Positions 16,698 through 24,095 of a stretch of 43,309 bases of DNA are shown one piece after another. Position 1 is the first letter of the stretch. Each line of letters begins with the position of its first letter. This DNA comes from a virus: IMG/VR virus record IMGVR_UViG_3300045988_023625, positions 1-43,309 of that record. The stretch is one strand, 5' to 3'. Both the position numbers and the translations under genes were made by a program. The notes below the pieces were generated by a model. It did not search any database and was not told the DNA's origin. It was given only the letters and a program-made list of their open reading frames with translations.

Positions 16698-17314
16698 TTT
16701 GCTTTCCTCCGTTTCACAATTTCGTCATAGTGCGGCTTTACTCGAATTACATTCCAGTCGCATTCTTCCGGCACTTTTCCGTAGAATATCACCCATTCCG
16801 GTGAGAGACGCTTCATCATTTCTTCGTAACCGCGCAGGAAGAGCCGCTTGCTTTCCTTGTTCTGCTGTGTGCCTACCGAACTAACCGCAACAATTCCGCC
16901 GACAGGCTCGCCATCAAAGCACCAACCGTAACTGCGCTCATCGCTCCATGATACAGAGGGGTAAACCGTCATGCCGTGCATTTGCCAGTATGCCGCCAAC
17001 CAATGCTTGCGGTAATGGTTGTATATCTGCATCGCCAGCGGCATATCTGTGTAAGTGGAGAAGTCCGGCGCGCACACCGCCGCAAACTGCGACAGTTTCG
17101 GAATGTACTTGTCCGGCGTGTTCCAATACCGAATGAATTGATAATCGTCAACAAAGAAATGCACGATTTTGCTCGCCGGGTCTTTTGCCGTGTAATGGTA
17201 ATTCACGGGGATAAAATCACCTTGTGGGTATGCCTTGACCGGCTCAATCTGCGGAATATCGTACTTGCCCACGCCGGGGAATGTGAACTTTTCGAGATTT
17301 TCAAAGTTAATCAT
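16652..17314 (-). CDS. DUF4417-like protein
   Basis: Start MINFENLEKF at 17314 overlaps the upstream stop (ATGA). Motifs recalled for DUF4417: VHFFVDDYQF..W, PDFSTYTDMP..MQIYNHYRKHW, SVSWSD..SYGWCFDGEP. Confidence 0.6.
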   Translation of the reverse strand: MINFENLEKFTFPGVGKYDIPQIEPVKAYPQGDFIPVNYHYTAKDPASKIVHFFVDDYQFIRYWNTPDKYIPKLSQFAAVCAPDFSTYTDMPLAMQIYNHYRKHWLAAYWQMHGMTVYPSVSWSDERSYGWCFDGEPVGGIVAVSSVGTQQNKESKRLFLRGYEEMMKRLSPEWVIFYGKVPEECDWNVIRVKPHYDEIVKRRKAKWADAEEAGALDFHQ

Positions 17315-17787
17315 ACCGGACGCCATGTACCGCTGCGCTTGTTAGCCCTGCGGTATTTCTTGCCGTTTACCGTAACTTCCAACGCGCCGGACTTTTGCGC
17401 TGTTACAAAGGCATTGGAAAACGACTTGTTTTCTGCTGCTTTGCGGTTTTTATTGGACTGGTCACGCAATTTCCGCATGTAGCTATCCATTTCACCGCGC
17501 GCTCTTGCGGCTCTGTCTGCGGCGCTTCCTGTTTTCTGCGCCGTTGTCAGGCGCGCAGGCCCGCTTGCATAAGGATTGACTGCTCCTGCCGCCGTTTTGA
17601 GCGCCGTTGTTGCGAGAGTTGCCATCTGCTTTACTGCGTCTTTCTTTTCAGCGTCCGACAGCTCAAGCCCATTGATTTCAGCAGCGTTGCGCTCAAATGT
17701 GCGCCTGATAATATCGCCCATATCAGTGACAGACGCAGCGTTTGCTCGGTTAATATCCTGCTGTGACAAAAACCGTGCAAGGCTCAT
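17311..17787 (-). CDS. Basic hypothetical protein between portal and MuF; the true N-terminus may lie upstream
   Basis: 158-aa ORF. The same frame stays open upstream and encodes NGGRGGAGNGIGAGEPGRGRG with no start codon (see findings). Confidence 0.55.
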   Translation of the reverse strand: MSLARFLSQQDINRANAASVTDMGDIIRRTFERNAAEINGLELSDAEKKDAVKQMATLATTALKTAAGAVNPYASGPARLTTAQKTGSAADRAARARGEMDSYMRKLRDQSNKNRKAAENKSFSNAFVTAQKSGALEVTVNGKKYRRANKRSGTWRPV

Positions 17788-17848
17788 ACCGCGACCACGC
17801 CCAGGTTCTCCGGCTCCAATGCCGTTACCTGCTCCCCCTCTACCGCCA

Positions 17849-19279
17849 TTACTCTACCTCCGTTTCTTCCTCGGTCGTCATTTCCTGCATCTTCGGCAGC
17901 GCCGCCTTTGCGGTCGCTTCGTCTTCGTTAAGCCACTTCATGCGGAATTCCCAATCGTTCATGATGCCAGCTTGCAAAAGCTGCATATCGCGGGAAAAGT
18001 CGGTCTGCTTGTCCTCAATGATGCTATCATCAAAGTCGATGGATATTTCCACTTCCTCATTCAGCCCAGCGTTCATGGCCGTGTTGCCCAGCCAAAGCAG
18101 AATGCGGCACAGTTCCACAAGCGCCTGTTCCAGCACAATCTCATGCTTTTTGATGGTGCGGAACATGGTGGAGTTTTCGCTGATAACTTGCGTTGCTGTC
18201 GCGACGCTTCCGCCGTCAAAGCGGTAATAGGTCTCGCCGAAACCGCACTTACTGGACAGTACATTCAGTTGGTCTTGAAGTCCTACATTCAGCTGCTCGG
18301 TTCTTAGTGTCGGGGAAATTGTCTCTACGACGTTTCCTTGCTGCGTATCCTCCGGGAGCAGATAGAAACGCCGGTCATGGTCATCAAGCGTCGGTTCACC
18401 GTCTTCCCACCTTGTGGCGGGAATTTTGACCATCATCATCATCGGGCCGTTTTCGAACTCGTTGACATAGCAGTCATAGGCACAGTCAACGCCGCGCAGA
18501 ACATCAATCGCGTTTGCATACACAGGGATACCAACCGGAAGCAGGTAGTCAAGATTGTTTGCGATGTTCGGTCTGTCGATGACGAACTGCCTCTTGTCGC
18601 TTCCCGTATGTACCACAGGGGGGATTCGCTCAAAGCCCGGAACATCGGTGAGCAGCGCGTCGGCAAGCGTTTCATTTTCGTATCGGTAAATGCTGTTCTC
18701 GATGACGTAAAGTCCGGTTTCGTCTTTCCGGTGAATCTGCAAATACAGATAATTCTTTCCGGCTCGGGTGACTACGCTGTCGAACGCGCATTCTGTGATA
18801 AATCCATTCTGCCAAGCCAGCGGAAAGATGTGCTCAATCGTCACATAGTCCAGCTCGATTCCGGAAACATCACCAGGCACAATCTCGCCGCTTTCGTTGA
18901 CGGCCTGCCCCACCACACGCGGAATGTACGCCACAGTTCCGAGCGCTGACTTCATTTCCTGCATTTCGTTTGCCTTGACCGTGAAGTTGTTCGCTGTCAG
19001 GACGCTATCAACGAACGCCTGTTCTTTCTGCCCTTCAAGTGTGATCTGGACTTTCTCATTCATCAAGAGGTTTGCCCAGTCCTCGCAAACCTTTTTCGCC
19101 ATACCGAGGCTTGCACGGTTGCACTTTGTCCACTTATGCCCGTTATATCGCCGGTATTGATGAAAATCCTTTACTTTCCCAACATACCAAGACTTCCAGA
19201 GGTCAACTTGGCTGTAAAAATCTTCCGGGATTGTCGTATAGCCAAGTTCTTTTAACTTTTGGATAACTGCACTGCTCAT
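17849..19279 (-). CDS. Portal protein (SPP1 Gp6-like)
   Basis: 476 aa, directly after terL with an ATGA overlap. Portal-like sequence throughout and an acidic C-terminus. Confidence 0.85.
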   Translation of the reverse strand: MSSAVIQKLKELGYTTIPEDFYSQVDLWKSWYVGKVKDFHQYRRYNGHKWTKCNRASLGMAKKVCEDWANLLMNEKVQITLEGQKEQAFVDSVLTANNFTVKANEMQEMKSALGTVAYIPRVVGQAVNESGEIVPGDVSGIELDYVTIEHIFPLAWQNGFITECAFDSVVTRAGKNYLYLQIHRKDETGLYVIENSIYRYENETLADALLTDVPGFERIPPVVHTGSDKRQFVIDRPNIANNLDYLLPVGIPVYANAIDVLRGVDCAYDCYVNEFENGPMMMMVKIPATRWEDGEPTLDDHDRRFYLLPEDTQQGNVVETISPTLRTEQLNVGLQDQLNVLSSKCGFGETYYRFDGGSVATATQVISENSTMFRTIKKHEIVLEQALVELCRILLWLGNTAMNAGLNEEVEISIDFDDSIIEDKQTDFSRDMQLLQAGIMNDWEFRMKWLNEDEATAKAALPKMQEMTTEEETEVE

Positions 19280-20517
19280 GCAATAACTCCCATTCTGCGG
19301 CTGACAGGCTCTAATGCATACCTCGTCGCGTCAATCAGGTGGTTGTTCGCGTCAGGGTAGCCGCTAATAATGTCGCCGTCTTTGTTTCTTTCGTATTCGT
19401 ATCCCACGAACTCATTGTAAGCGTGCGGTGTGCGCCGCCTGTCAATGACAATTGTTCTCCGCTGCAAGAACTTCATTCCGTATTCGACCGAGCCAGGTCC
19501 TTTGACCGCTTCATACGCAGGAAGCCCCATTGCACGGAGGTCAGCAACGCTTTTCGGCTCGGCGCTGTCGCAAATCGTCCGAATGTTGCTATATCCACGT
19601 TGCTTAATCATTGTCGCGCTTTGCTCGTTGGATAATTTGTTTTGATAAATCTCGTCTAACAGATATATCTTCTCTCTTGCCCGATCATAATGCAGCCGGA
19701 TAAAAGCAAACGGGTCGGGGAACCAGCCAAAGTCCACCCCCTGACAGATTCGGTCGAAACTTTTGACTTCTTCATCTGTGATCTCCCGCAGTTCCAGCTT
19801 ATCGAACACATTGCCGCCAGTTCCTACCGGAATACCGAGATACTCATGCTGATATGCGCGCTCGTCCGTTTCTTTCAGGTGTTCCGCTTCGGCAAGAAAC
19901 TGTTCTCCCAACCACTCAGGCGGTGCTTGCAGATATGTCGACTTGTGGCAAATCCGGTCAGCGCGCTCTTCCAAACTGTCCTTGTTCGCCCAGTTGTCGC
20001 GCGAGATCGGCGGGTTATAGCTTTCGAAATTCCAGAAAACCGAGCCGCCGCGCATGGTGGACTGCAAAATGTTTCGGATTTCCGCGCGTCCAGCAAACTG
20101 ATCTTTCTCTTCAAAGTGCGTCACGGCAATATAGCCAAACGGCACTTTGATAGACTTGATCTTCATCGGGTCATCAGCGCCACGGAACATGATCTTTTGT
20201 CCTGTCGGCTTGTAGATCAGCTCCATTGGGGAAACCTTTGCTTCCCAATACGCTGCCATGCCCAGCTCGCCGATTGCCCAGATATACTGTGCGTACACGC
20301 TATCGCGGATCGTATTTGCCACCTTGCGCAACACCAGCGCATGTGTGCCGGGATTGGCAACCAGCAGAAGCGGCACGATAATTGATACCGTGGACGATTT
20401 TAGGGAACCGCGCCCGCCGCTAAAATCGTAGTGCGTATGCCCATGATGAAAAATGTCATGAGCAATATCGTAAAACGCAGGTCCGATTTTCTCGGATAAA
20501 CGAATGTCAGACATCAA
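19276..20517 (-). CDS. terL: Terminase large subunit (PBSX/XtmB-type)
   Basis: 413 aa. Walker-A-like GGRGSLKSS, nuclease-domain motifs (VDFGW..DP, NHLIDATRYA). Confidence 0.9.
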   Translation of the reverse strand: MMSDIRLSEKIGPAFYDIAHDIFHHGHTHYDFSGGRGSLKSSTVSIIVPLLLVANPGTHALVLRKVANTIRDSVYAQYIWAIGELGMAAYWEAKVSPMELIYKPTGQKIMFRGADDPMKIKSIKVPFGYIAVTHFEEKDQFAGRAEIRNILQSTMRGGSVFWNFESYNPPISRDNWANKDSLEERADRICHKSTYLQAPPEWLGEQFLAEAEHLKETDERAYQHEYLGIPVGTGGNVFDKLELREITDEEVKSFDRICQGVDFGWFPDPFAFIRLHYDRAREKIYLLDEIYQNKLSNEQSATMIKQRGYSNIRTICDSAEPKSVADLRAMGLPAYEAVKGPGSVEYGMKFLQRRTIVIDRRRTPHAYNEFVGYEYERNKDGDIISGYPDANNHLIDATRYALEPVSRRMGVIA

Positions 20518-20878
20518 TAATCACCTTGACAACGGAATCGGCGCTTGTGTTGTCTTGCTTATCGAACACACCCGTATGCTTCGCCAGCATTTCAAGCGCT
20601 TTTAGCTTATTCGCGTATTTCAAATCGCTTTCCATGCAATCAGACGCAGGCTTGTCTGCGATTTCTTTGAGTTTTTCTATAACATAGTCCTGCGTTACTT
20701 CCGTTCGTTTCTGTCTTTCTGCCTTTGCCTTCTGGATAGCAGCCGAAACGTTACTATTCGTAACTAACTGCCTCCCCTTTTCGGCGTTCTTGTAACCGGC
20801 TCTCGCGGCGGCTTGAGTGGCATTTAAGTCCACAAGGTACTCTTGAACAAATCTCTCTTGCTTTGCTGTTAATGGCAC
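20507..20878 (-). CDS. terS: Terminase small subunit
   Basis: 123 aa. LTAKQERFVQEYLVDLNATQAAARAGY is the classic small-terminase N-terminus. GTG start after a GAGGTGGTGA RBS. Confidence 0.85.
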   Translation of the reverse strand: MPLTAKQERFVQEYLVDLNATQAAARAGYKNAEKGRQLVTNSNVSAAIQKAKAERQKRTEVTQDYVIEKLKEIADKPASDCMESDLKYANKLKALEMLAKHTGVFDKQDNTSADSVVKVIIDV

Positions 20879-20889
20879 TCGTCACCACC

Positions 20890-21570
20890 TCTCTTGTCGC
20901 ATTTTTTTGCTACCAGCCCCCGCCCCTTGGCCTTACATAGCAGACTTTACCCGCCCCGAGGGGCTACAACGCCGCCCACATTGGGCGTTATTTCTTCCAT
21001 TGGCCGTCTTTCTCGCTTAGATTGTCACACGCTACCGGCAACTACGCTCCGAAAAGTCGTAGCCCCTATTCCGTCAGGTCAAACCGGTCTTGACGCATCA
21101 AGACAAGCGCAGTTTTCAGCAAGCATTGTCATTTTCATGTGAGCCATGACGATGGCGGTCTCACATTGTCCGGGCGCTACCCGGCCCATCGTGCAGATGG
21201 TGAGGATTTGCACCTCACATAGCCTAACAGTGTCGGCCTCCACCGCTTTGCTGGGCGGCACCCGAACTGTCGTTTGTAGCGTCTACCTATTCCGCCACAT
21301 CTGCGTATGTCCCCGCTGGGGCACATCGTTGAGAGGTGCGCGGGGTCCTGTGCCGCATGAGAGGTGCGACCTCTCGGCCCTGATCGTGGGCTGCATCGCG
21401 CGTGCGGCATGGTGCGGAAGCGGCGTGAAAAAGATGAAAAAGCACCGCCCCCGCTATGGCGCAGGAGGTACACGCCATAAATGAGAGAACCGCAAAGGCC
21501 TTTACACCTCTGCGGTTCAATCCTCCCATAATTGCAATGCGCTAACTCACTTATAAGTGAGTTTTGCAAA
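20890..21570. ncRNA. Candidate large structured RNA (class unknown; ROOL/GOLLD-like context); strand unresolved
   Basis: A gap of about 700 nt with no credible ORF, in an otherwise gap-free genome. At least 11 perfect 5-8 bp local helices plus long-range pairings and repeated sequence modules. Details are in the findings. Confidence 0.5.
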
Positions 21571-21577
21571 ATATTTT

Positions 21578-21796
21578 TTATAAACTTTTCGGGTAGTCCG
21601 ACCGCCCGAGCAAATAATCAATCGACACTCCGAAATAGTCAGCGATGCTTATCAGCGCGTCCATTGACGGTTTCTGCATCCCCATCTCGTAGCGTTTGAT
21701 CGTGTTGCGGTTCAGCCCGCACAGCTCAGATAACACGCAGCGCTTTAACTGCTGGCGTTCGCGTAACCTCCGCAGGCGGTCAGGAAATGTGCTCAT
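21578..21796 (-). CDS. XRE-family HTH protein (last gene of the early operon)
   Basis: 72 aa: RLRRLRERQQLKRCVLSELCGLNRNTIKRYEMGMQKPSMDALISIADYFGVSIDYLLG. Confidence 0.8.
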   Translation of the reverse strand: MSTFPDRLRRLRERQQLKRCVLSELCGLNRNTIKRYEMGMQKPSMDALISIADYFGVSIDYLLGRSDYPKSL

Positions 21797-22002
21797 ATGC
21801 GCCTCCGCTCTGCTCGAAAAACTTCTTTTGCTCCTTCAATTTCTGCAACTATGTATTCGCTATCAAGATTTACATATTTCACAGTCCCTTGTTTTCGATA
21901 TGTTTTCGCTGCCAAAATAAGACTACTATCGTTTTTCTCTCCCCCGTGAATCGCAATTTGCTTATATACAACTGCGTCACGGTTCAGGCGCTTAGCGTCC
22001 AT
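21793..22002 (-). CDS. Hypothetical protein
   Basis: 69-aa ORF. Its stop overlaps the next start (ATGA). Confidence 0.55.
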   Translation of the reverse strand: MDAKRLNRDAVVYKQIAIHGGEKNDSSLILAAKTYRKQGTVKYVNLDSEYIVAEIEGAKEVFRAERRRI

Positions 22003-22049
22003 CTTTTCCCCCTTTTTGTTTTAACTCACAGCGGGTAATAATGATTCAC

Positions 22050-22739
22050 TTACTCACGGCCAATCTTCCTCTTCACCCACGCCCACAGATTCCGCCACGG
22101 GTGGGCTTCTGCGTAATTGGCGCGCTGCTCGGCGTTGTAGCGCCTGTTACGCATTACATTAAGGGCCTCTTGCTTAAAAGCGCACTCGCCATTCGCTCGC
22201 CTAAGTGCCACCTCCGCGTCATCGAGTTTGTTTTTCAAGTCGGCAACTTCTCGCTTTGATTCCTGCCACGCTCTCCAATACTGCTGCCCCTGATCGTTCA
22301 AATACTGAGCCGAGTTTTTGGCTGAATCTAAGTCCGCTTTCAGGTTTGCGATCGCGTTCTCTCGGGTGATGGCTTCTCCGTTCATCTGGCTGATCTGCTC
22401 GGTCAAAACGGCATTCTTTCGTTGCATCTCCGCCTTTAATTTCGCATATTTAGCAATCAGATCGTTCTTCTTGTCGATGCAGTTTTTCAGCTCGGCGATT
22501 TCCGCTTCAAGCGCCGTGACTTCCGCCTGCACCTCCTGCGCCTTCCCCAGCGGGCAGTAGAAAAGGCAGTTGTGCTTGCTCGCGTCCCGCAGGATCGCTC
22601 TATGTACCGCCTTGCCGCTCTTGTCGAATCGCAGCTCATAACCCTCGGGGTAATATTCGATCCCGGCGTACAGCACCTTTGGCTTGTCCTTTTTCACCGC
22701 CGCCTGCACGCACAGGTCTAAAAATGTGCTTCGTTTCAT
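22050..22739 (-). CDS. Coiled-coil hypothetical protein
   Basis: Start MKRSTFLD at 22739, overlapping the upstream stop. Long heptad-like central region. Confidence 0.6.
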   Translation of the reverse strand: MKRSTFLDLCVQAAVKKDKPKVLYAGIEYYPEGYELRFDKSGKAVHRAILRDASKHNCLFYCPLGKAQEVQAEVTALEAEIAELKNCIDKKNDLIAKYAKLKAEMQRKNAVLTEQISQMNGEAITRENAIANLKADLDSAKNSAQYLNDQGQQYWRAWQESKREVADLKNKLDDAEVALRRANGECAFKQEALNVMRNRRYNAEQRANYAEAHPWRNLWAWVKRKIGRE

Positions 22740-22906
22740 GCGCTCACCCTTTCCCACTGCTCGACGGTAGCGATAATTCTCTCGAAATCTTCATCGGGCA
22801 TGACATGGCTAATGACACAGAGCCTTTTTGCAAACGGACAGCCATAGCAGCCTTCGTACGAGATGCACATTCTCTTGCGCTCTCTCAAAAACTCTAACGC
22901 GTCCAT
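22736..22906 (-). CDS. Small Cys-containing protein (56 aa)
   Basis: Not in the track because it is under 60 aa. ATG at 22906 follows directly on the upstream TAA. Translation: MDALEFLRERKRMCISYEGCYGCPFAKRLCVISHVMPDEDFERIIATVEQWERVSA. Its TGA overlaps the next ATG. Confidence 0.55.
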   Translation of the reverse strand: MDALEFLRERKRMCISYEGCYGCPFAKRLCVISHVMPDEDFERIIATVEQWERVSA

Positions 22907-23602
22907 TTATTCCTCCATCCTATCGATCACTTTTCTAATCACGTCGCTACCGTAAGCATTTTTCGTCATCTCCAAAAACTCCGTAAGCGTCATCATGCCA
23001 TGCTCGAGGTCAACACCGTGTTCACGGGCGAACTGCTTTCGTCCTATGTCGCATGAGCCGGTCAAGCGATGGTGCCAATCGTAAAAATACTGCGTCGGAT
23101 ACGTTTTTTCGCGGTCTGTCTCGCGCAGGAACGCATCAATGCGCTCATCTTCCGGCATGTCCTCAAACAGCTTGTCTCGCAGCGCCTCCATTGCCTCGCG
23201 CAGCGTTTCGCCGTGCGCGAAAACATTGTCCCGCTTGACGATATAGCACGGCGTGAGCGTCAAATCGGCGTTCAAGATTGCCCCGTGCGCAGTGTTACCG
23301 CGCACGGAATGAATCAGCGTGTTTACTCCGTCAATTCGATAGACCGGTTCCCCATTAAAACTTTTAATGCCGGAGCCGTAGCCGTAGCCGTCGCCGGAGC
23401 CGGAGCCGTAGCCGTCGCCGGAGCCGTAGCCGGAGCCGTAGCCGGAGCCGGAGCCGGAGCCGGAGCCGTAGCCGGAGCCGGAGCCGGAGCCGGAGCCGTC
23501 GCCGGAGCCGGAGCCGGAGCCGTCGCCGGAGCCGTCGCCGGAGCCGGAGCCGTCGCCGGAGGTTGCTAACAGGAATTCCTTGACTTTATCATCAAGCGTC
23601 AT
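22907..23602 (-). CDS. Hypothetical protein with a 63-codon Gly-Ser/Asp/Tyr repeat followed by a globular domain
   Basis: Start MTLDDKVKEF at 23602 (ATGA overlap). The repeat is GDGSGSGDGSG...GYGYGSG. The C-terminal domain contains VYRIDGVNTLIHSVRGNTAHGAIL...CYIVKRDNVFAHGETLREA. Confidence 0.7.
   Translation of the reverse strand: MTLDDKVKEFLLATSGDGSGSGDGSGDGSGSGSGDGSGSGSGSGYGSGSGSGSGYGSGYGSGDGYGSGSGDGYGYGSGIKSFNGEPVYRIDGVNTLIHSVRGNTAHGAILNADLTLTPCYIVKRDNVFAHGETLREAMEALRDKLFEDMPEDERIDAFLRETDREKTYPTQYFYDWHHRLTGSCDIGRKQFAREHGVDLEHGMMTLTEFLEMTKNAYGSDVIRKVIDRMEE
23371..23560. repeat. Hexanucleotide (GGAGCC/GTAGCC/GTCGCC)n microsatellite within a CDS
   Basis: Read directly. About 190 bp of near-perfect 6-nt periodicity. 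Confidence 0.9.
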
Positions 23603-23889
23603 CTCTTCCACTCCTTTACGCCGCGAAGCGACGCAGATGCCGCATCCGTGCACGGGATAATCTGGATTGCCCCCAGCACGGTCATTTCCGGGATCGTCAC
23701 GGTAAAACGGCAGTTGCCCGGTGCTTTTGTTCCGTCCTGCGCCAGCTGCTCCACGGCACACGCGCCGTCCCAGCTCCACAGCTTACGCACCTCGACCATG
23801 GTAACCTCGGAGCCGTTTCTCTCCTTGATCTTGCCGAAAAACACGCCTGCGCGGTCACAGCGAACGATATAGTCCTGATTGTTGTTCAT
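23599..23889 (-). CDS. Hypothetical phage protein
   Basis: 96 aa: YIVRCDRAGVFFGKIKERNGSEVTMVEVRKLWSWDGA. I recall this as a recurrent phage family of unknown function. Confidence 0.6.
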   Translation of the reverse strand: MNNNQDYIVRCDRAGVFFGKIKERNGSEVTMVEVRKLWSWDGACAVEQLAQDGTKAPGNCRFTVTIPEMTVLGAIQIIPCTDAASASLRGVKEWKR

Positions 23890-23912
23890 GATGAAATTCC
23901 TCCTGATTTTTG

Positions 23913-24095
23913 TTAAAATTTAAAGCTCTCTCTGAGCTTGATTCCGTTTACCTCCGCCTCCGCCGTAAAGTAGCGGTGGCGCTCGTTGATGTAGACGCTT
24001 CTGCCGTGTACGGTTCTCAGTTTTTCAAAACTGCATAATCCGCTCGCGCCCTCAAAGGCTGCGGGCGTCCAGCTGTATGTGTCTCCGATGTTCAT
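23913..24095 (-). CDS. Hypothetical protein
   Basis: 60-aa ORF overlapping the upstream stop. Confidence 0.5.
   Translation of the reverse strand: MNIGDTYSWTPAAFEGASGLCSFEKLRTVHGRSVYINERHRYFTAEAEVNGIKLRESFKF

Noticed and set aside
21177-21569. 130-aa minus-strand ORF, and other ORFs (20894..21142, 21146..21484, 21287..21529, 21079..21261) inside the 700-nt gap
   Set aside because: They are Arg/Cys/Pro/Gly-rich with no RBS and they overlap one another in several frames. The region is better explained as structured non-coding sequence. I cannot exclude a small peptide.
23371-23560. The GGAGCC repeat tract as a non-coding satellite or CRISPR-like array
   Set aside because: It has 6-nt periodicity and lies in frame in a CDS that has a conserved-looking C-terminal domain. 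It is a coding Gly-Ser/Tyr/Asp linker.
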